The translations under genes and the position numbers were made by a program. From Candidatus Tayloriibacteriota bacterium (GTDB lineage Bacteria > Patescibacteriota > Minisyncoccia > Phycocordibacterales > PALSA-1337), in assembly GCA_031384385.1 (NCBI GenBank), contig JANNAN010000013.1, positions 6,015 through 70,014 of the forward strand: a DNA stretch of 64,000 bases, given 5' to 3'. Every line of letters begins with the position of its first letter. The first letter of the stretch is position 1. Positions 10,845 through 20,951 of this stretch are shown here, in pieces. The notes beneath the pieces are model-generated. The model ran no database searches and was not told the origin of the DNA. It saw nothing but the letters and a program-made list of their open reading frames with translations.

Positions 10845-13115
10845 TTATTTAGCTTCTGTAGCCTTCTTTTTAAAGCCACCTCTTCTTCCAATCACTTTTG
10901 GTTTATTTAGAATTTCAATTGCTCTTTCTAGAGTAATTTCATATGGATTGTCACCATCTTTAACTTTCAGTGAACGGAAATCCGCATCATGCACTATATA
11001 TGGACCGAAACGCCCAATATTAGCTGTAATATTTTTTCCTGTAGCAGGGAATGCACCTAGAACCTTTGGTAGACTTAAATATTTCAATGCATTTTCCATA
11101 CTAATATTTGCAAGATCCATTCCTTTTGGAATTGAAGCCATACGAGGCTTGAAGACTACAGGTTTAGAAATAACTGGATCACCCTTTTTTCTACGGGGTT
11201 TTTTCTCGCCTTCAATTTTTTTAACTTTTGGTTCATATGCACCAAGTTGAACATAAGGGCCATATTTGCCAACTAATACAAATATTGGTAATCCAGAAAC
11301 AGGGTCAATACCAATTGGCTCATCTTTTTTTATTTCTGTACCATCCATCATTAGAGCACCATCACAGTCTGGATATGTTGAACATGAAAGAAATTTACCA
11401 TTTCTTCCAAGTTTAATAATCATATCCACCTTACATTTTGGACATTTATGATGAGATTCTGCATCTCCAAGATTTGTGATCTTTGCTTCTTTTTCTAAAA
11501 CTTTGATTTCTTTTGCGAATGGAATATAGAAATCTTTTAAAACTTTTAAATATTGCTTATCACCATTTGCAATATCGTCAAGTGAGTCTTCCATTTCAGC
11601 TGTAAATGAATCATTAATATATTTCATGAAATTGGCTTCAAGAAAAGATGAGACGACATCTCCAGTATCGGTAGGTTTTAGAGCTTTATTTTCTTTTTCA
11701 ACATAACCACGCTCTTCAATTGTACGAATAATAGATGCGTAAGTAGAAGGACGCCCAATTCCTCTTTTTTCTAATTCTTTAATTAAACCAGCTTCACTGT
11801 ATCTTCCCGGTGGTTGCGTGGCTTTTTCTTCACTTCTAATATCTTTTAGATTTAAAGAATCACCCTTTGAAATTTTTGGAAGTTCTACATCCTCACCTCT
11901 AGCATCTGGATCTGCAATTAACCAACCAGGAAATACTAGACGGGAGCCATTGGCTTGAAATTCAGGAATACTTTCTCTAGATTTTATATTGGCTGTTATT
12001 TTTGTTCTTAGAAGTTCAGCATCAGTCATTTGAGATGCTACAGTTCTTTGCCAAATTAATTTATACAAAGTTTTTTGTTCATCATTTAATCCTGCATTTT
12101 CTACATTTATATATGAAGGTCGAATAGCCTCATGAGCTTCTTGAGCATTTTTACTTTTCTTTGCATAAGTTCTGAATTGTAAATATGGCTTACCATATTT
12201 TTTTTCTACTACAGAGGCGATTTGACCAAGAGCAACTTGGCTTAGATTTGTACTATCTGTTCTCATATATGTAATATGTCCAGCCTCATAAAGTCTTTGC
12301 GCAATTTGCATTGTTCTTGATGGCGCATAACCAAGTCTAGAACTAGCTGCTTGTTGTAGTGTAGAAGTTATAAAAGGAGCTTTTGGTGAACGCTTTGCTG
12401 TACTTTCATTTACATCTGTAATTTCCCAAGGATTTTCTCTTCCTAATTTAAGAATATTTTCTACAATTTTAAAATCAATTGGTTCTTCAGAACAAGTTAA
12501 TGCAAAAGGTATTGCTGGTTTTGAGATAGTCTCTGTATCAGCTGTAATTACCCAGAATGCATGAGATTTGAAAGCACGAATTTCTCTTTCTCTTTCCATT
12601 ATTATTCTTAGTGCTGGTGATTGAACACGACCAGCAGAAAGACCATATCGAACTTTTTTCCAAATTAGACCAGAAAGATCATAACCAACTAGACGATCTA
12701 GAACTCTTCGAGCTTCTTGGGCCATACGAAGATTCTCATCAATTTTACGAGGATGATTCATTGCTTCTATAACTGCATCTTTTGTAATTTCATGAAAGAC
12801 TACGCGATTTGGATTTTTTAAATTTGCAGCTTCAGCGATATGCCAAGCAATAGCTTCTCCTTCACGATCGGGGTCAGTTGCCAGTATTACCTCATCAGCT
12901 TCTTTTGCTAATTGTCTTATTTCTGCAACAACTTTTTCTTTTCCCGGAGAGATTTCATAATGAGGAATAAAACCACCTTCAATATCAATAGCCTTCTTAT
13001 TACTCTTTGGTAGATCACGAATATGTCCAATAGAAGCTTTAACAGTATATTTCCCATCTAAATATTTGGAAATTGTTTGTGCTTTTGCTGGTGATTCAAC
13101 AATAAGTAATTTCAT
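10845..13115 (-). CDS. topA: DNA topoisomerase I
   Basis: 756 aa. TOPRIM start MKLLIVESPAKA, active-site Tyr region, C-terminal CxxC zinc ribbons (CPKCKV, CSTYPDC). Confidence 0.9.
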   Translation of the reverse strand: MKLLIVESPAKAQTISKYLDGKYTVKASIGHIRDLPKSNKKAIDIEGGFIPHYEISPGKEKVVAEIRQLAKEADEVILATDPDREGEAIAWHIAEAANLKNPNRVVFHEITKDAVIEAMNHPRKIDENLRMAQEARRVLDRLVGYDLSGLIWKKVRYGLSAGRVQSPALRIIMEREREIRAFKSHAFWVITADTETISKPAIPFALTCSEEPIDFKIVENILKLGRENPWEITDVNESTAKRSPKAPFITSTLQQAASSRLGYAPSRTMQIAQRLYEAGHITYMRTDSTNLSQVALGQIASVVEKKYGKPYLQFRTYAKKSKNAQEAHEAIRPSYINVENAGLNDEQKTLYKLIWQRTVASQMTDAELLRTKITANIKSRESIPEFQANGSRLVFPGWLIADPDARGEDVELPKISKGDSLNLKDIRSEEKATQPPGRYSEAGLIKELEKRGIGRPSTYASIIRTIEERGYVEKENKALKPTDTGDVVSSFLEANFMKYINDSFTAEMEDSLDDIANGDKQYLKVLKDFYIPFAKEIKVLEKEAKITNLGDAESHHKCPKCKVDMIIKLGRNGKFLSCSTYPDCDGALMMDGTEIKKDEPIGIDPVSGLPIFVLVGKYGPYVQLGAYEPKVKKIEGEKKPRRKKGDPVISKPVVFKPRMASIPKGMDLANISMENALKYLSLPKVLGAFPATGKNITANIGRFGPYIVHDADFRSLKVKDGDNPYEITLERAIEILNKPKVIGRRGGFKKKATEAK

Positions 13116-13238
13116 ATTTCACATAGTATTACATGATAATAGGGAAGGTGGCAAATCTGTAAAGATTTTTATATAAGAGAAACCCGCCAAGAAAGCTATC
13201 TTTCAATGACGGGGTCTTTGTTTTTTGAGATTATTTTT

Positions 13239-13571
13239 TTATCCTTTTTTCCACTCTTCACCATCATCTTCATCATCTCTAATTCGTCTCCTGAGATTTA
13301 ACATTTTTTGTTGAAGTTCAAATATTTGAAGAGAAAAGATTTCACTAATCAAATCAAGATATCCATCTTCTTCTGGCAAGCTTGAGTGTATCATATTTGT
13401 ACAAATTTTTTCAAATTGTTTTTCGCTTAATTTTATTCCCAACATTATCTGTGCAATCTCGATACCCTTTGATTGTGTTAGAAATGGTTCAGATTCAGAA
13501 CCATCGTTAAAAATTATGTAACCAACAATACCATTTTCGTCCATTTGGAAATATCCTTTTCTTATTGGCAT
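13239..13571 (-). CDS. hypothetical protein
   Basis: 110-aa ORF, acidic C-terminus, no recognisable domain. Confidence 0.4.
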   Translation of the reverse strand: MPIRKGYFQMDENGIVGYIIFNDGSESEPFLTQSKGIEIAQIMLGIKLSEKQFEKICTNMIHSSLPEEDGYLDLISEIFSLQIFELQQKMLNLRRRIRDDEDDGEEWKKG

Positions 13572-13725
13572 AATTATCCTTTGGTTGTGGGTTTACTGTT
13601 TGTGCTATTTAAATTAACTATACTACTTATATGAAATATAAGAAATCATAGCCATAAAGCCATATCTGTGGTAATGTAAATTCTACGGACAATTCTTATT
13701 AAAATAATAAATAATTCATAAATAT

Positions 13726-14235
13726 ATGGGAAATTTCGAAAGAGGGGGAAGAAATGGTGCTAGTAGAGGAGGTTTTGGTGGTGGAGATAGAGGCGGATTT
13801 AGGGGTGGAAGAGATGATGGTAGAGAATCAAGAGGTCCTGTAACTATGCATAGTGCTATTTGTGCTAGTTGTAAAAAATCTTGTGAAGTCCCATTCAGAC
13901 CGTCAGGGGATAAGCCAGTTTACTGTAGAGATTGCTTTGCTGGAAGAAATGCTATGGGTGGTGATAGATCAGATAGAAAAGATCCAAGATCTTTTTCAAA
14001 AGATACTTCTCAATCAAATTCAAATTCTGTCGGAAATAATGAAATTAAAAAACAGATAGAAGCGATAAATATTAAATTAGATAAAATTCTTTCTTTAGTA
14101 CATGCTAGTACTTTGAAGGGAACTCTAAAGGAAATTACGAATGAGTCAAAAGAGAATCCAAAAGAAAAAGCACCAGTAAGTATTGTAGAAAAAGCAGTTG
14201 CAAAGAAAGTTTCAAAAAAAGCAGGAAAGAAGTAA
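13726..14235 (+). CDS. RGG/Gly-Arg-rich protein with C4 zinc ribbon (possible RNA-binding protein)
   Basis: N-terminal GGRNGASRGGFGGGDRGGFRGGRDDGR then CASC-x15-CRDC, Lys-rich tail. Confidence 0.5.
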   Translation: MGNFERGGRNGASRGGFGGGDRGGFRGGRDDGRESRGPVTMHSAICASCKKSCEVPFRPSGDKPVYCRDCFAGRNAMGGDRSDRKDPRSFSKDTSQSNSNSVGNNEIKKQIEAINIKLDKILSLVHASTLKGTLKEITNESKENPKEKAPVSIVEKAVAKKVSKKAGKK

Positions 14236-14253
14236 AAAATAATTTAATTAAAA

Positions 14254-14290
14254 GAAAAAACCGAAGTCTGCTTGCACTTCGGTTTTTTTT
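14254..14290. terminator. bidirectional rho-independent terminator between convergent genes
   Basis: ACCGAAGT-CTGCTTGC-ACTTCGGT hairpin flanked by A-tract upstream and TTTTTTTT downstream. Confidence 0.6.
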
Positions 14291-14297
14291 GACGGAG

Positions 14298-15365
14298 TCA
14301 GAGATTTAACTCTCTTTTCATTTTTGCAATTGTTGCTGACATTAATGGTTGAGAAGCAAGTCCTTTGATTTGATTCCAAACTTTAATTTGATGCTCAACA
14401 GGAATGCGTGCAATCATGGCGCCGATATCTATTGTCATCCTTTCAGCACCAGTCTCTCTTGCAACACTTCGAGTGATATTGAGTAGTGGTTTAAGTTTAG
14501 GATGAAGATTTTTAATAGTGGCTACATTGTAAAATAAAGCCACACTTCCTTCCTTCATTCTTCTTGTGAATATGTTAGCTTTTATTTTCTCATCTTCAAG
14601 ATATTTACACAAACTTTTACAGACGTTCGTAACACGTATGTCACCATTGCAATATTCCTTTACGAATTTTGCAAATAGTGGATTGTTGTTGAATGTTCGA
14701 ACTAGTGGCTCCATATAGGTTGATCCATATTTTCTTTCCATTCTTTCCTCACTTAACAATTCAATACTTCCCACATTTTCTATGTAAATCCTGCTTGCAT
14801 TTTTAAAGAGATCAATCTTAGTTGAAATCTCTTTCGATACTTGCTTGGTGATAATTTCCCAAAATCCTATTTCTTCACCAATAATTGAGTAGGCCCTTGT
14901 GCCATCAGTTTGTTCCAATTCAATCATGATCCTTCCTTTTTCAATCAAAATTTTGCAATCACGATTGATAAGGTGTAGCTCAATTGGATTATTCATCATT
15001 ACTTTTTTTGAGATATATTCCAAAATCATGAATGTCTCTGAACCTTTGTCAGGGGCAATTCCTGTAATGTAATTTATCTTGTCAGAATTGACCGGATGAA
15101 TGGAAGTAAAAAATGCATCTTTCAATGCAGTAATACCGTTACTGAAAAGAGTTCCACTTGGACCATTTGAAACTTGAACAGAAATGATTTGTTCGATGGT
15201 TATTACCTTTTTTGATAAATCAGGTATCAGACTTTCTTTATTTGTTTTCATAATATCAAAGAGTCGTGAATTGCTACGAGCAATTCTGTTTTCTATATCT
15301 AAACTACAATATATTACTATACTCGTCAAATATTTTATTTTTGAATAAAAAAGAGAAGCAGACAC
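14298..15365 (-). CDS. hypothetical protein (start more likely at internal Met near 15251)
   Basis: 355-aa ORF. First 38 codons are AT-rich and hydrophobic with no RBS. MKTNKESL at codon 39 looks like a better start. No domain recognised. Confidence 0.45.
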   Translation of the reverse strand: MSASLFYSKIKYLTSIVIYCSLDIENRIARSNSRLFDIMKTNKESLIPDLSKKVITIEQIISVQVSNGPSGTLFSNGITALKDAFFTSIHPVNSDKINYITGIAPDKGSETFMILEYISKKVMMNNPIELHLINRDCKILIEKGRIMIELEQTDGTRAYSIIGEEIGFWEIITKQVSKEISTKIDLFKNASRIYIENVGSIELLSEERMERKYGSTYMEPLVRTFNNNPLFAKFVKEYCNGDIRVTNVCKSLCKYLEDEKIKANIFTRRMKEGSVALFYNVATIKNLHPKLKPLLNITRSVARETGAERMTIDIGAMIARIPVEHQIKVWNQIKGLASQPLMSATIAKMKRELNL

Positions 15366-15393
15366 CGAAAAGGTAATCTGCTTCCTGAATTCT

Positions 15394-15888
15394 TCATTTC
15401 CTATAATTTATGCGGTATATCACCGCTATCCTTACTGCAGTAAAAGTTATTTTGCCAGTAGGATCAGAGTTCCTGATTATTTTGTATGCTGGATCCAGCC
15501 ATACATGATTGAGTTCGATTAAGATATCGTCAGTTGTAAGTTTGGAAAATAAACAATTCCATGCCCACTGACGCTTGATTCTACAATCTTGATCTCGTTG
15601 CCGTTCCGCATGAATCCAATTCTGCAAACGAGTCTTTTCCTCTAAAGACTGGGGTTTGTCATCATTGAATAGATCATAATAAAACTGTAATTTTTTGCAT
15701 ACATCAGGTACGGCCAAACTATCGAAAAGCCTATGATATGCTTCATGTTTGTAACGAGGGACAAGTGAAATATTTTCGCTATTACGATTTCCTCCACGAC
15801 TTTTGGGTCTGCGATGGTGTTCGGTAATATCATTTGGTTTGCATTTATGATTTCGCCGATGTTTTTTATGTGGCTTTCTCGTAAATCC
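15394..15888 (-). pseudogene. HNH-endonuclease-like ORF lacking a canonical start (possible remnant)
   Basis: Open frame of ~165 codons with no ATG. Contains EHHRRPKSRGGNRNSENI..HEAYH resembling the HNH His-Asn-His core (E-HH-x-P-x-S-x-GG-x-N). Track shows only a TTG-initiated 107-aa tail. Confidence 0.3.
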
Positions 15889-15953
15889 TCCTGGGTTGAT
15901 TGTTTACTTTTACAAAGTTTTGCTACTATTAATAACTATATCACTTTTATTTT

Positions 15954-16823
15954 TTAAATCAATTTGAATTTTCCAAATTTTTCTTCAATTAATCCTTGAA
16001 TTTCTAAAGACGAAAGTATTTCATTAATTTCTTTTGCTGATAAATCGGTTTTTAAAACCAATTGTTCATTTGTGTAAAATTCTATTTGTAAATATTCTAC
16101 AATCTTTCTTTCATTCTCTGATAAATTTAAAAGCAAACTCGGTTGAATGTTCCGAATTTCTTCTTTTGTCTTTAATCCTAACATTTCTAAAATATCATTT
16201 GAACAAGTTATTGGAGTTGCACCAAGACGAATAAGCATATGTGGTCCTTCAGAAAGTGATGAGAAAATTTGACCGGGAACAGCTCCAACATCTCTATTAT
16301 AATCCGTAGCAAATTTTGAAGTTATTAATGTGCCAGATTTTAGCTCTGCTTCAATTACAATTGTGGCTTTTGAAATACCTGCCATTAAACGATTTCTTTG
16401 TGGAAATGTCCAGGGAGTACCTTTTTGATCCATTTCAAATTCTGAAATAAGTGCACCGCCAGCATATAGAATTTCGTCAGCCAATTTTTTATTTGCTGAT
16501 GGATAAAGTACATTATCATTCAATCCAGAACCTGGAAATGCAATAGTCTGCAAACCAGCATCTAAAGCTGCTCTATGAGCAATTGCATCAATTCCTAATG
16601 CTAAACCAGATACTATACATATATTGTATCCCTTTAAGCCTAAAATAAGCTTTCTGCACACTTCTTCGCCATAATTTGAGTATTTACGAGCTCCAACAAT
16701 GCAGAGGTTCACTGTGTCAGTTTTAGGTAAATTACCTTTTATATGAAGTTTCTTTGGTGGATCTGTAATTTGTTGAAGTAAAAATGGTATTTCATCTTTT
16801 TCTAATGTATAGATATTATTCAT
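15954..16823 (-). CDS. dprA: DNA processing protein DprA/Smf
   Basis: 289 aa. Rossmann-like core LCIVGARKYSNYGEE..VSGLALGIDAIAHRAAL..GSGL typical of the DprA/SMF/DNA_processg_A family. Confidence 0.8.
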   Translation of the reverse strand: MNNIYTLEKDEIPFLLQQITDPPKKLHIKGNLPKTDTVNLCIVGARKYSNYGEEVCRKLILGLKGYNICIVSGLALGIDAIAHRAALDAGLQTIAFPGSGLNDNVLYPSANKKLADEILYAGGALISEFEMDQKGTPWTFPQRNRLMAGISKATIVIEAELKSGTLITSKFATDYNRDVGAVPGQIFSSLSEGPHMLIRLGATPITCSNDILEMLGLKTKEEIRNIQPSLLLNLSENERKIVEYLQIEFYTNEQLVLKTDLSAKEINEILSSLEIQGLIEEKFGKFKLI

Positions 16824-16904
16824 AAAATCTTAAGATTAATTAATAAAGTATCAATTATATCAAATACTAATGAATTTTTTAATAAATATGTTAATATATA
16901 TAAT

Positions 16905-18164
16905 ATGTTAGATATTAAATTTATAAGAGAGAATAAAGATTTAGTACAAGCTGGAGCAAAGAAAAAAAATGTTGAAATAAACATTGAAGAGCTTCTTGTT
17001 ATTGATGATAAAAGAAAAGAACTACTTACATCTATAGAAAAGAAACGATCAGAGCAAAATGCTATTAGCGAAAAAATAACTAAAGCAACTCCAGAGATTC
17101 GTCAACAAATGATTAATGATATGAAAGTTGTTAAAGAGTCTCTTCAAAAAGAAGAAGAATTTTTAAAAGAAACAATGAAATCTTGGCAAGATATGATGCT
17201 CAGAGTTCCAAATATTCCTGATATGTCTGTTCCAGAAGGAAATACAGATAAAGACAATAAAGAGATAAAAACTTGGGGAGAAAAACCGATATTTGATTTT
17301 GAACCAAAAGATCATGTTGAAATAATGACAAAGTTGAATATGGTTGATTTTGAAAGAGGAGCCAAAGTTCATGGTTTTAGAGGTTATTATCTTATGGGAG
17401 ATGGAGCGAGATTGTCTTTTGCTATCTGGCAATATGCTATGGAGTTCTTTAGTAATAAAAATTTTATTCCAGTAATTCCACCAACTATTGTAAGAAAAGC
17501 TTTCCTATATGGTACAGCTCATCTTCCTGGAGATGTGGAAGATTTTTATATGACACAAGATGGTGACGCACTTGCCGGTACTGCAGAAGTTCCATTAATG
17601 GGTATGCATAGCGAAGAAGTTTTAGAATTAAAAGATCTACCAAAACGTTATTTAGGATTCTCACCTTGTTATAGGCGTGAAGCTGGTGCACATAGTAAAG
17701 ATGTAAAGGGTCTTATTCGTGTCCATGAATTTTATAAATTTGAACAGTTAATTCTTTGCGAAGCTAGCCATGAATTTTCAGTAGCTTTTCATGAAGAAAT
17801 AAACAATAATACTGAACAATTTATTGAATCATTAGGTATTCCATATCATACAGTTTTAAATTGTGGCGCAGATCTTGGACTTGGACAAGTTAAAAAATAC
17901 GATATTGAACTTTGGGTTCCAAAAGAAAATACATATAGAGAAATTTCATCAGCATCATATTTTCATGATTTCCAAACTCGACGCTTGAATACTCGCTATA
18001 AAGATTCTGAAGGCAAACTTCGTTATGCTCATTCATTAAATTGTACAGCCATTCCAACTCCTAGAATTCTCGTGTCTTTGGTTGAAAACTATCAACAGGC
18101 TGATGGCTCAATAAAGATTCCAGAAGTTTTGCATAAATATATGGGTAAAAATGTTATCAAATAA
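16905..18164 (+). CDS. serS: seryl-tRNA synthetase
   Basis: 419 aa. N-terminal coiled-coil arm plus class II aaRS motifs (FRRE-like YRREAG, motif 3 region). Confidence 0.9.
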   Translation: MLDIKFIRENKDLVQAGAKKKNVEINIEELLVIDDKRKELLTSIEKKRSEQNAISEKITKATPEIRQQMINDMKVVKESLQKEEEFLKETMKSWQDMMLRVPNIPDMSVPEGNTDKDNKEIKTWGEKPIFDFEPKDHVEIMTKLNMVDFERGAKVHGFRGYYLMGDGARLSFAIWQYAMEFFSNKNFIPVIPPTIVRKAFLYGTAHLPGDVEDFYMTQDGDALAGTAEVPLMGMHSEEVLELKDLPKRYLGFSPCYRREAGAHSKDVKGLIRVHEFYKFEQLILCEASHEFSVAFHEEINNNTEQFIESLGIPYHTVLNCGADLGLGQVKKYDIELWVPKENTYREISSASYFHDFQTRRLNTRYKDSEGKLRYAHSLNCTAIPTPRILVSLVENYQQADGSIKIPEVLHKYMGKNVIK

Positions 18165-18984
18165 ACGCTCACGTCTTTTACATTCACCAAAACAATTACA
18201 GAAAAAACGTAAGAAGAATATTATGCTTGTTAGCTTTATTTTTTTAGGTGTTATCTCTGTACTATTTGCGATTATATTAATTTTACGTTTTAATTTTCTT
18301 CAGATTTCATCAATTAAAGTAATTGGCGCGAATACATTAAATGCTTATGAAATTGAACAAAAAACTCTGTCACTTTTAGATGGTAATTATTTATATTTTA
18401 TTCCAAAATCTAATTTATTTTTTTATCCTAAAAACTTTATTAAAAATATTTTAATTGATTCATATAAAAAAATAGAAAGTTTAGAAATCAATTACGAAAG
18501 TCTGTCAGAAATTGGTATTACTATAAAAGAAAGAAATCCAAACATTTTAGTTTGTGAAGGATTCCATGAAGAAAATGGTCAAAATGAAAATTGTTTTTTT
18601 GCTGATAAAAATGGATATGTATATGAAAAAGCACCACCATTCTCAAGTGGCGTGTATATCAGATATTACATTGATTCAGATATTAACGATAAAATAATTG
18701 GTACAACCTTTATTGATAAAAAACTTTTCAATGATTTGCAAAATTTTATTGATATTACAAAAAGATCCAAGATAAATTTAATAGGTATTTTGATAGGAGC
18801 TGAAGGGAATTATGAAATGTATTCAAAAAATTCAAATAATTCAGAGACTGTTATATATTTTAATGATCGCATTCCTTTTGATAAAACTGCTGGAAATTTA
18901 TTAACTTTTCTTAATAATTCAAAAGGAAATTTTGATTCTATAAATCTTCGATTTGGAAATAATATTTTCTATGTCAACAAATAA
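18151..18984 (+). CDS. FtsQ/DivIB-like cell-division protein (POTRA-type)
   Basis: Basic cytoplasmic N-terminus, single TM (MLVSFIFLGVISVLFAIILIL), then ISSIKVIGANTLNAYEIEQ-type POTRA-like segment. Weak family assignment. Confidence 0.4.
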   Translation: MLSNKRSRLLHSPKQLQKKRKKNIMLVSFIFLGVISVLFAIILILRFNFLQISSIKVIGANTLNAYEIEQKTLSLLDGNYLYFIPKSNLFFYPKNFIKNILIDSYKKIESLEINYESLSEIGITIKERNPNILVCEGFHEENGQNENCFFADKNGYVYEKAPPFSSGVYIRYYIDSDINDKIIGTTFIDKKLFNDLQNFIDITKRSKINLIGILIGAEGNYEMYSKNSNNSETVIYFNDRIPFDKTAGNLLTFLNNSKGNFDSINLRFGNNIFYVNK

Positions 18985-19936
18985 TTTTAAAGCATTATTG
19001 TATTCAATGTTTACTGCCACTATATTTGGTGGAATATTGGCTTTTTCATTTATTTCTTTATATTCATATTTTTCAAATTCTGAGCCCGTTACAGCACAGA
19101 TTTCATTACCACAACTATCTGAAGAAGATTCTACATTTTCTTCGAGATTATCAAATTCAACAGTTTCTTCAATAGAGAAAGACTTAGAAATTATTGAAGG
19201 TATAAAAAAATCATTACCAAGAGTTGGTTCCAAAAAAGTTTCTGCTGCTGGATATATTGTTGTAAATGTAGGAGATAATTTTACTGTACTTGAAGAAAAT
19301 ACTGAAATACTTATGCCAATAGCTTCTATTACAAAACTTATAACAGCAGTTGTCGCAAGAAAATTATTTGATAAAGATAAGTATATTAATATTACCTCAG
19401 AAATTTTGAAAACTTATGGAAATGAAGGAAGATTGAGATTAAATGAAAAATTTAAATTAGATGAATTAATGTTCCCACTTCTTATGGTTTCAAGTAATGA
19501 TTCTGCTGAAGCTATAGCCCAATCTTATCCACAAGGTCGACAAAAGTTTATTAAAGAAATGAATAATTGGGTAAATAGTATTGGTGCGTATAGAACATAT
19601 TTCAAAGACCCATCAGGACTTTCATCATCAAATATTTCGACTGCAAAAGATTTAATTATTATAACTAAATGGATTTTGGAAAATGATCCAGAAATTTTTG
19701 ATATTACATTAAATAAAACAAAAACTATTAGAACACATACATGGACTAATCCAACTCACTTTTTAAATTTATCAACCTATGCTGGTGGGAAAAATGGATA
19801 TACAGTAGAAGCTAACAGAACAAGTATTTCACTGTTTAAATTGGGTCTTCAAAAGAAACTCTTTGCTGTAGTTTTACTTGGAAGTTCTATTCGTGACAAT
19901 GACACATTATATTTGCTAGAAGAGGCTCTGAGGTAG
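18953..19936 (+). CDS. D-alanyl-D-alanine carboxypeptidase (peptidase S11 / PBP5-like)
   Basis: SxxK motif ASITKL, SxN motif SSND, KTG-like GGKNGYT, N-terminal signal/TM. Confidence 0.65.
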   Translation: MEIIFSMSTNNFKALLYSMFTATIFGGILAFSFISLYSYFSNSEPVTAQISLPQLSEEDSTFSSRLSNSTVSSIEKDLEIIEGIKKSLPRVGSKKVSAAGYIVVNVGDNFTVLEENTEILMPIASITKLITAVVARKLFDKDKYINITSEILKTYGNEGRLRLNEKFKLDELMFPLLMVSSNDSAEAIAQSYPQGRQKFIKEMNNWVNSIGAYRTYFKDPSGLSSSNISTAKDLIIITKWILENDPEIFDITLNKTKTIRTHTWTNPTHFLNLSTYAGGKNGYTVEANRTSISLFKLGLQKKLFAVVLLGSSIRDNDTLYLLEEALR

Positions 19937-19948
19937 TAGTATTAAATA

Positions 19949-20947
19949 ATGTTTAAAATAGGAAGTAAAAAAACCAATAAAAACTTTTGGAAAAGCTTGA
20001 AAAGGCCTTTATTTGTCATAGCTCCAATGGCAAATGTTACTGATGTGGCTTTTCGTTCAATGTTCGCAAAGTACGGTAAGCCAGATGTAATGTGGACTGA
20101 ATTCGTATCAGCAGATGGTCTTTGTTCTGCTGGTAAAAAAATGCTTTTGCATGATTTAGAATTTTCAAAAAATGAAGGACCAATAGTTGCTCAACTTTTT
20201 TCTGCTCATCCACAAAAAATGCGAGAAGCCTGTGCTTTGGTCGCTAGACTTGGTTTTGACGGAATTGATTTAAATATGGGATGTCCAGATAAATCTGTAG
20301 AAAAACAAGGTTCAGGTGCTGCTCATATTAAATATCCAGAATTAGCAAAAGAAATTATCGAAGCAGCAAGAGCTGGAGTAAAAGATGCTAGTAAGGATAT
20401 TCCAATTTCTGTAAAAACAAGAATTGGCTATAATAAAATTGATTTATCGTGGATTGAATTTCTTTTAAAATTGAATTTACCAAATTTAACAGTTCACTTG
20501 CGAACAAGAAAAGAAATGTCAGATGTTCCCGCACATTGGGATTTAATGTCGGAAATTATTAAATTGAGAGATAGAATTTCTCCAGAAACTTTAATTATAG
20601 GGAATGGTGATGTTAATAGTTTGGAAGACGCTAAAATGAAAGTAAAAGAAAGTGGATGCGATGGTGCAATGATTGGGCGTGGAATTTTTGGTAATCCTTG
20701 GTTTTTCAGTGGTAAACTTGTCTCAGAAATTCCTGTAGAGGAAAGATTAAAAGTGATGCTGGAACATGCAAAAGCTTTTGATAAATATCTTGGTAAAGTA
20801 AAGAACTTCGCAATTATGAAAAAACATTTTAAAGCTTATGTTTCTGGCTGGGATGGGGCAAAGGAATTGAGAATTAAACTTATGGAAAGTAGTGGATTTG
20901 GGGAGATGGAGAAGATTGTGAAAGATTATCTTAAAATGTTAAAATAA
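19949..20947 (+). CDS. tRNA-dihydrouridine synthase (Dus family)
   Basis: 332 aa. VIAPMANVTD..DLNMGCP..GNGD flavin TIM-barrel motifs of Dus enzymes. Confidence 0.8.
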   Translation: MFKIGSKKTNKNFWKSLKRPLFVIAPMANVTDVAFRSMFAKYGKPDVMWTEFVSADGLCSAGKKMLLHDLEFSKNEGPIVAQLFSAHPQKMREACALVARLGFDGIDLNMGCPDKSVEKQGSGAAHIKYPELAKEIIEAARAGVKDASKDIPISVKTRIGYNKIDLSWIEFLLKLNLPNLTVHLRTRKEMSDVPAHWDLMSEIIKLRDRISPETLIIGNGDVNSLEDAKMKVKESGCDGAMIGRGIFGNPWFFSGKLVSEIPVEERLKVMLEHAKAFDKYLGKVKNFAIMKKHFKAYVSGWDGAKELRIKLMESSGFGEMEKIVKDYLKMLK

Positions 20948-20951
20948 AAGC

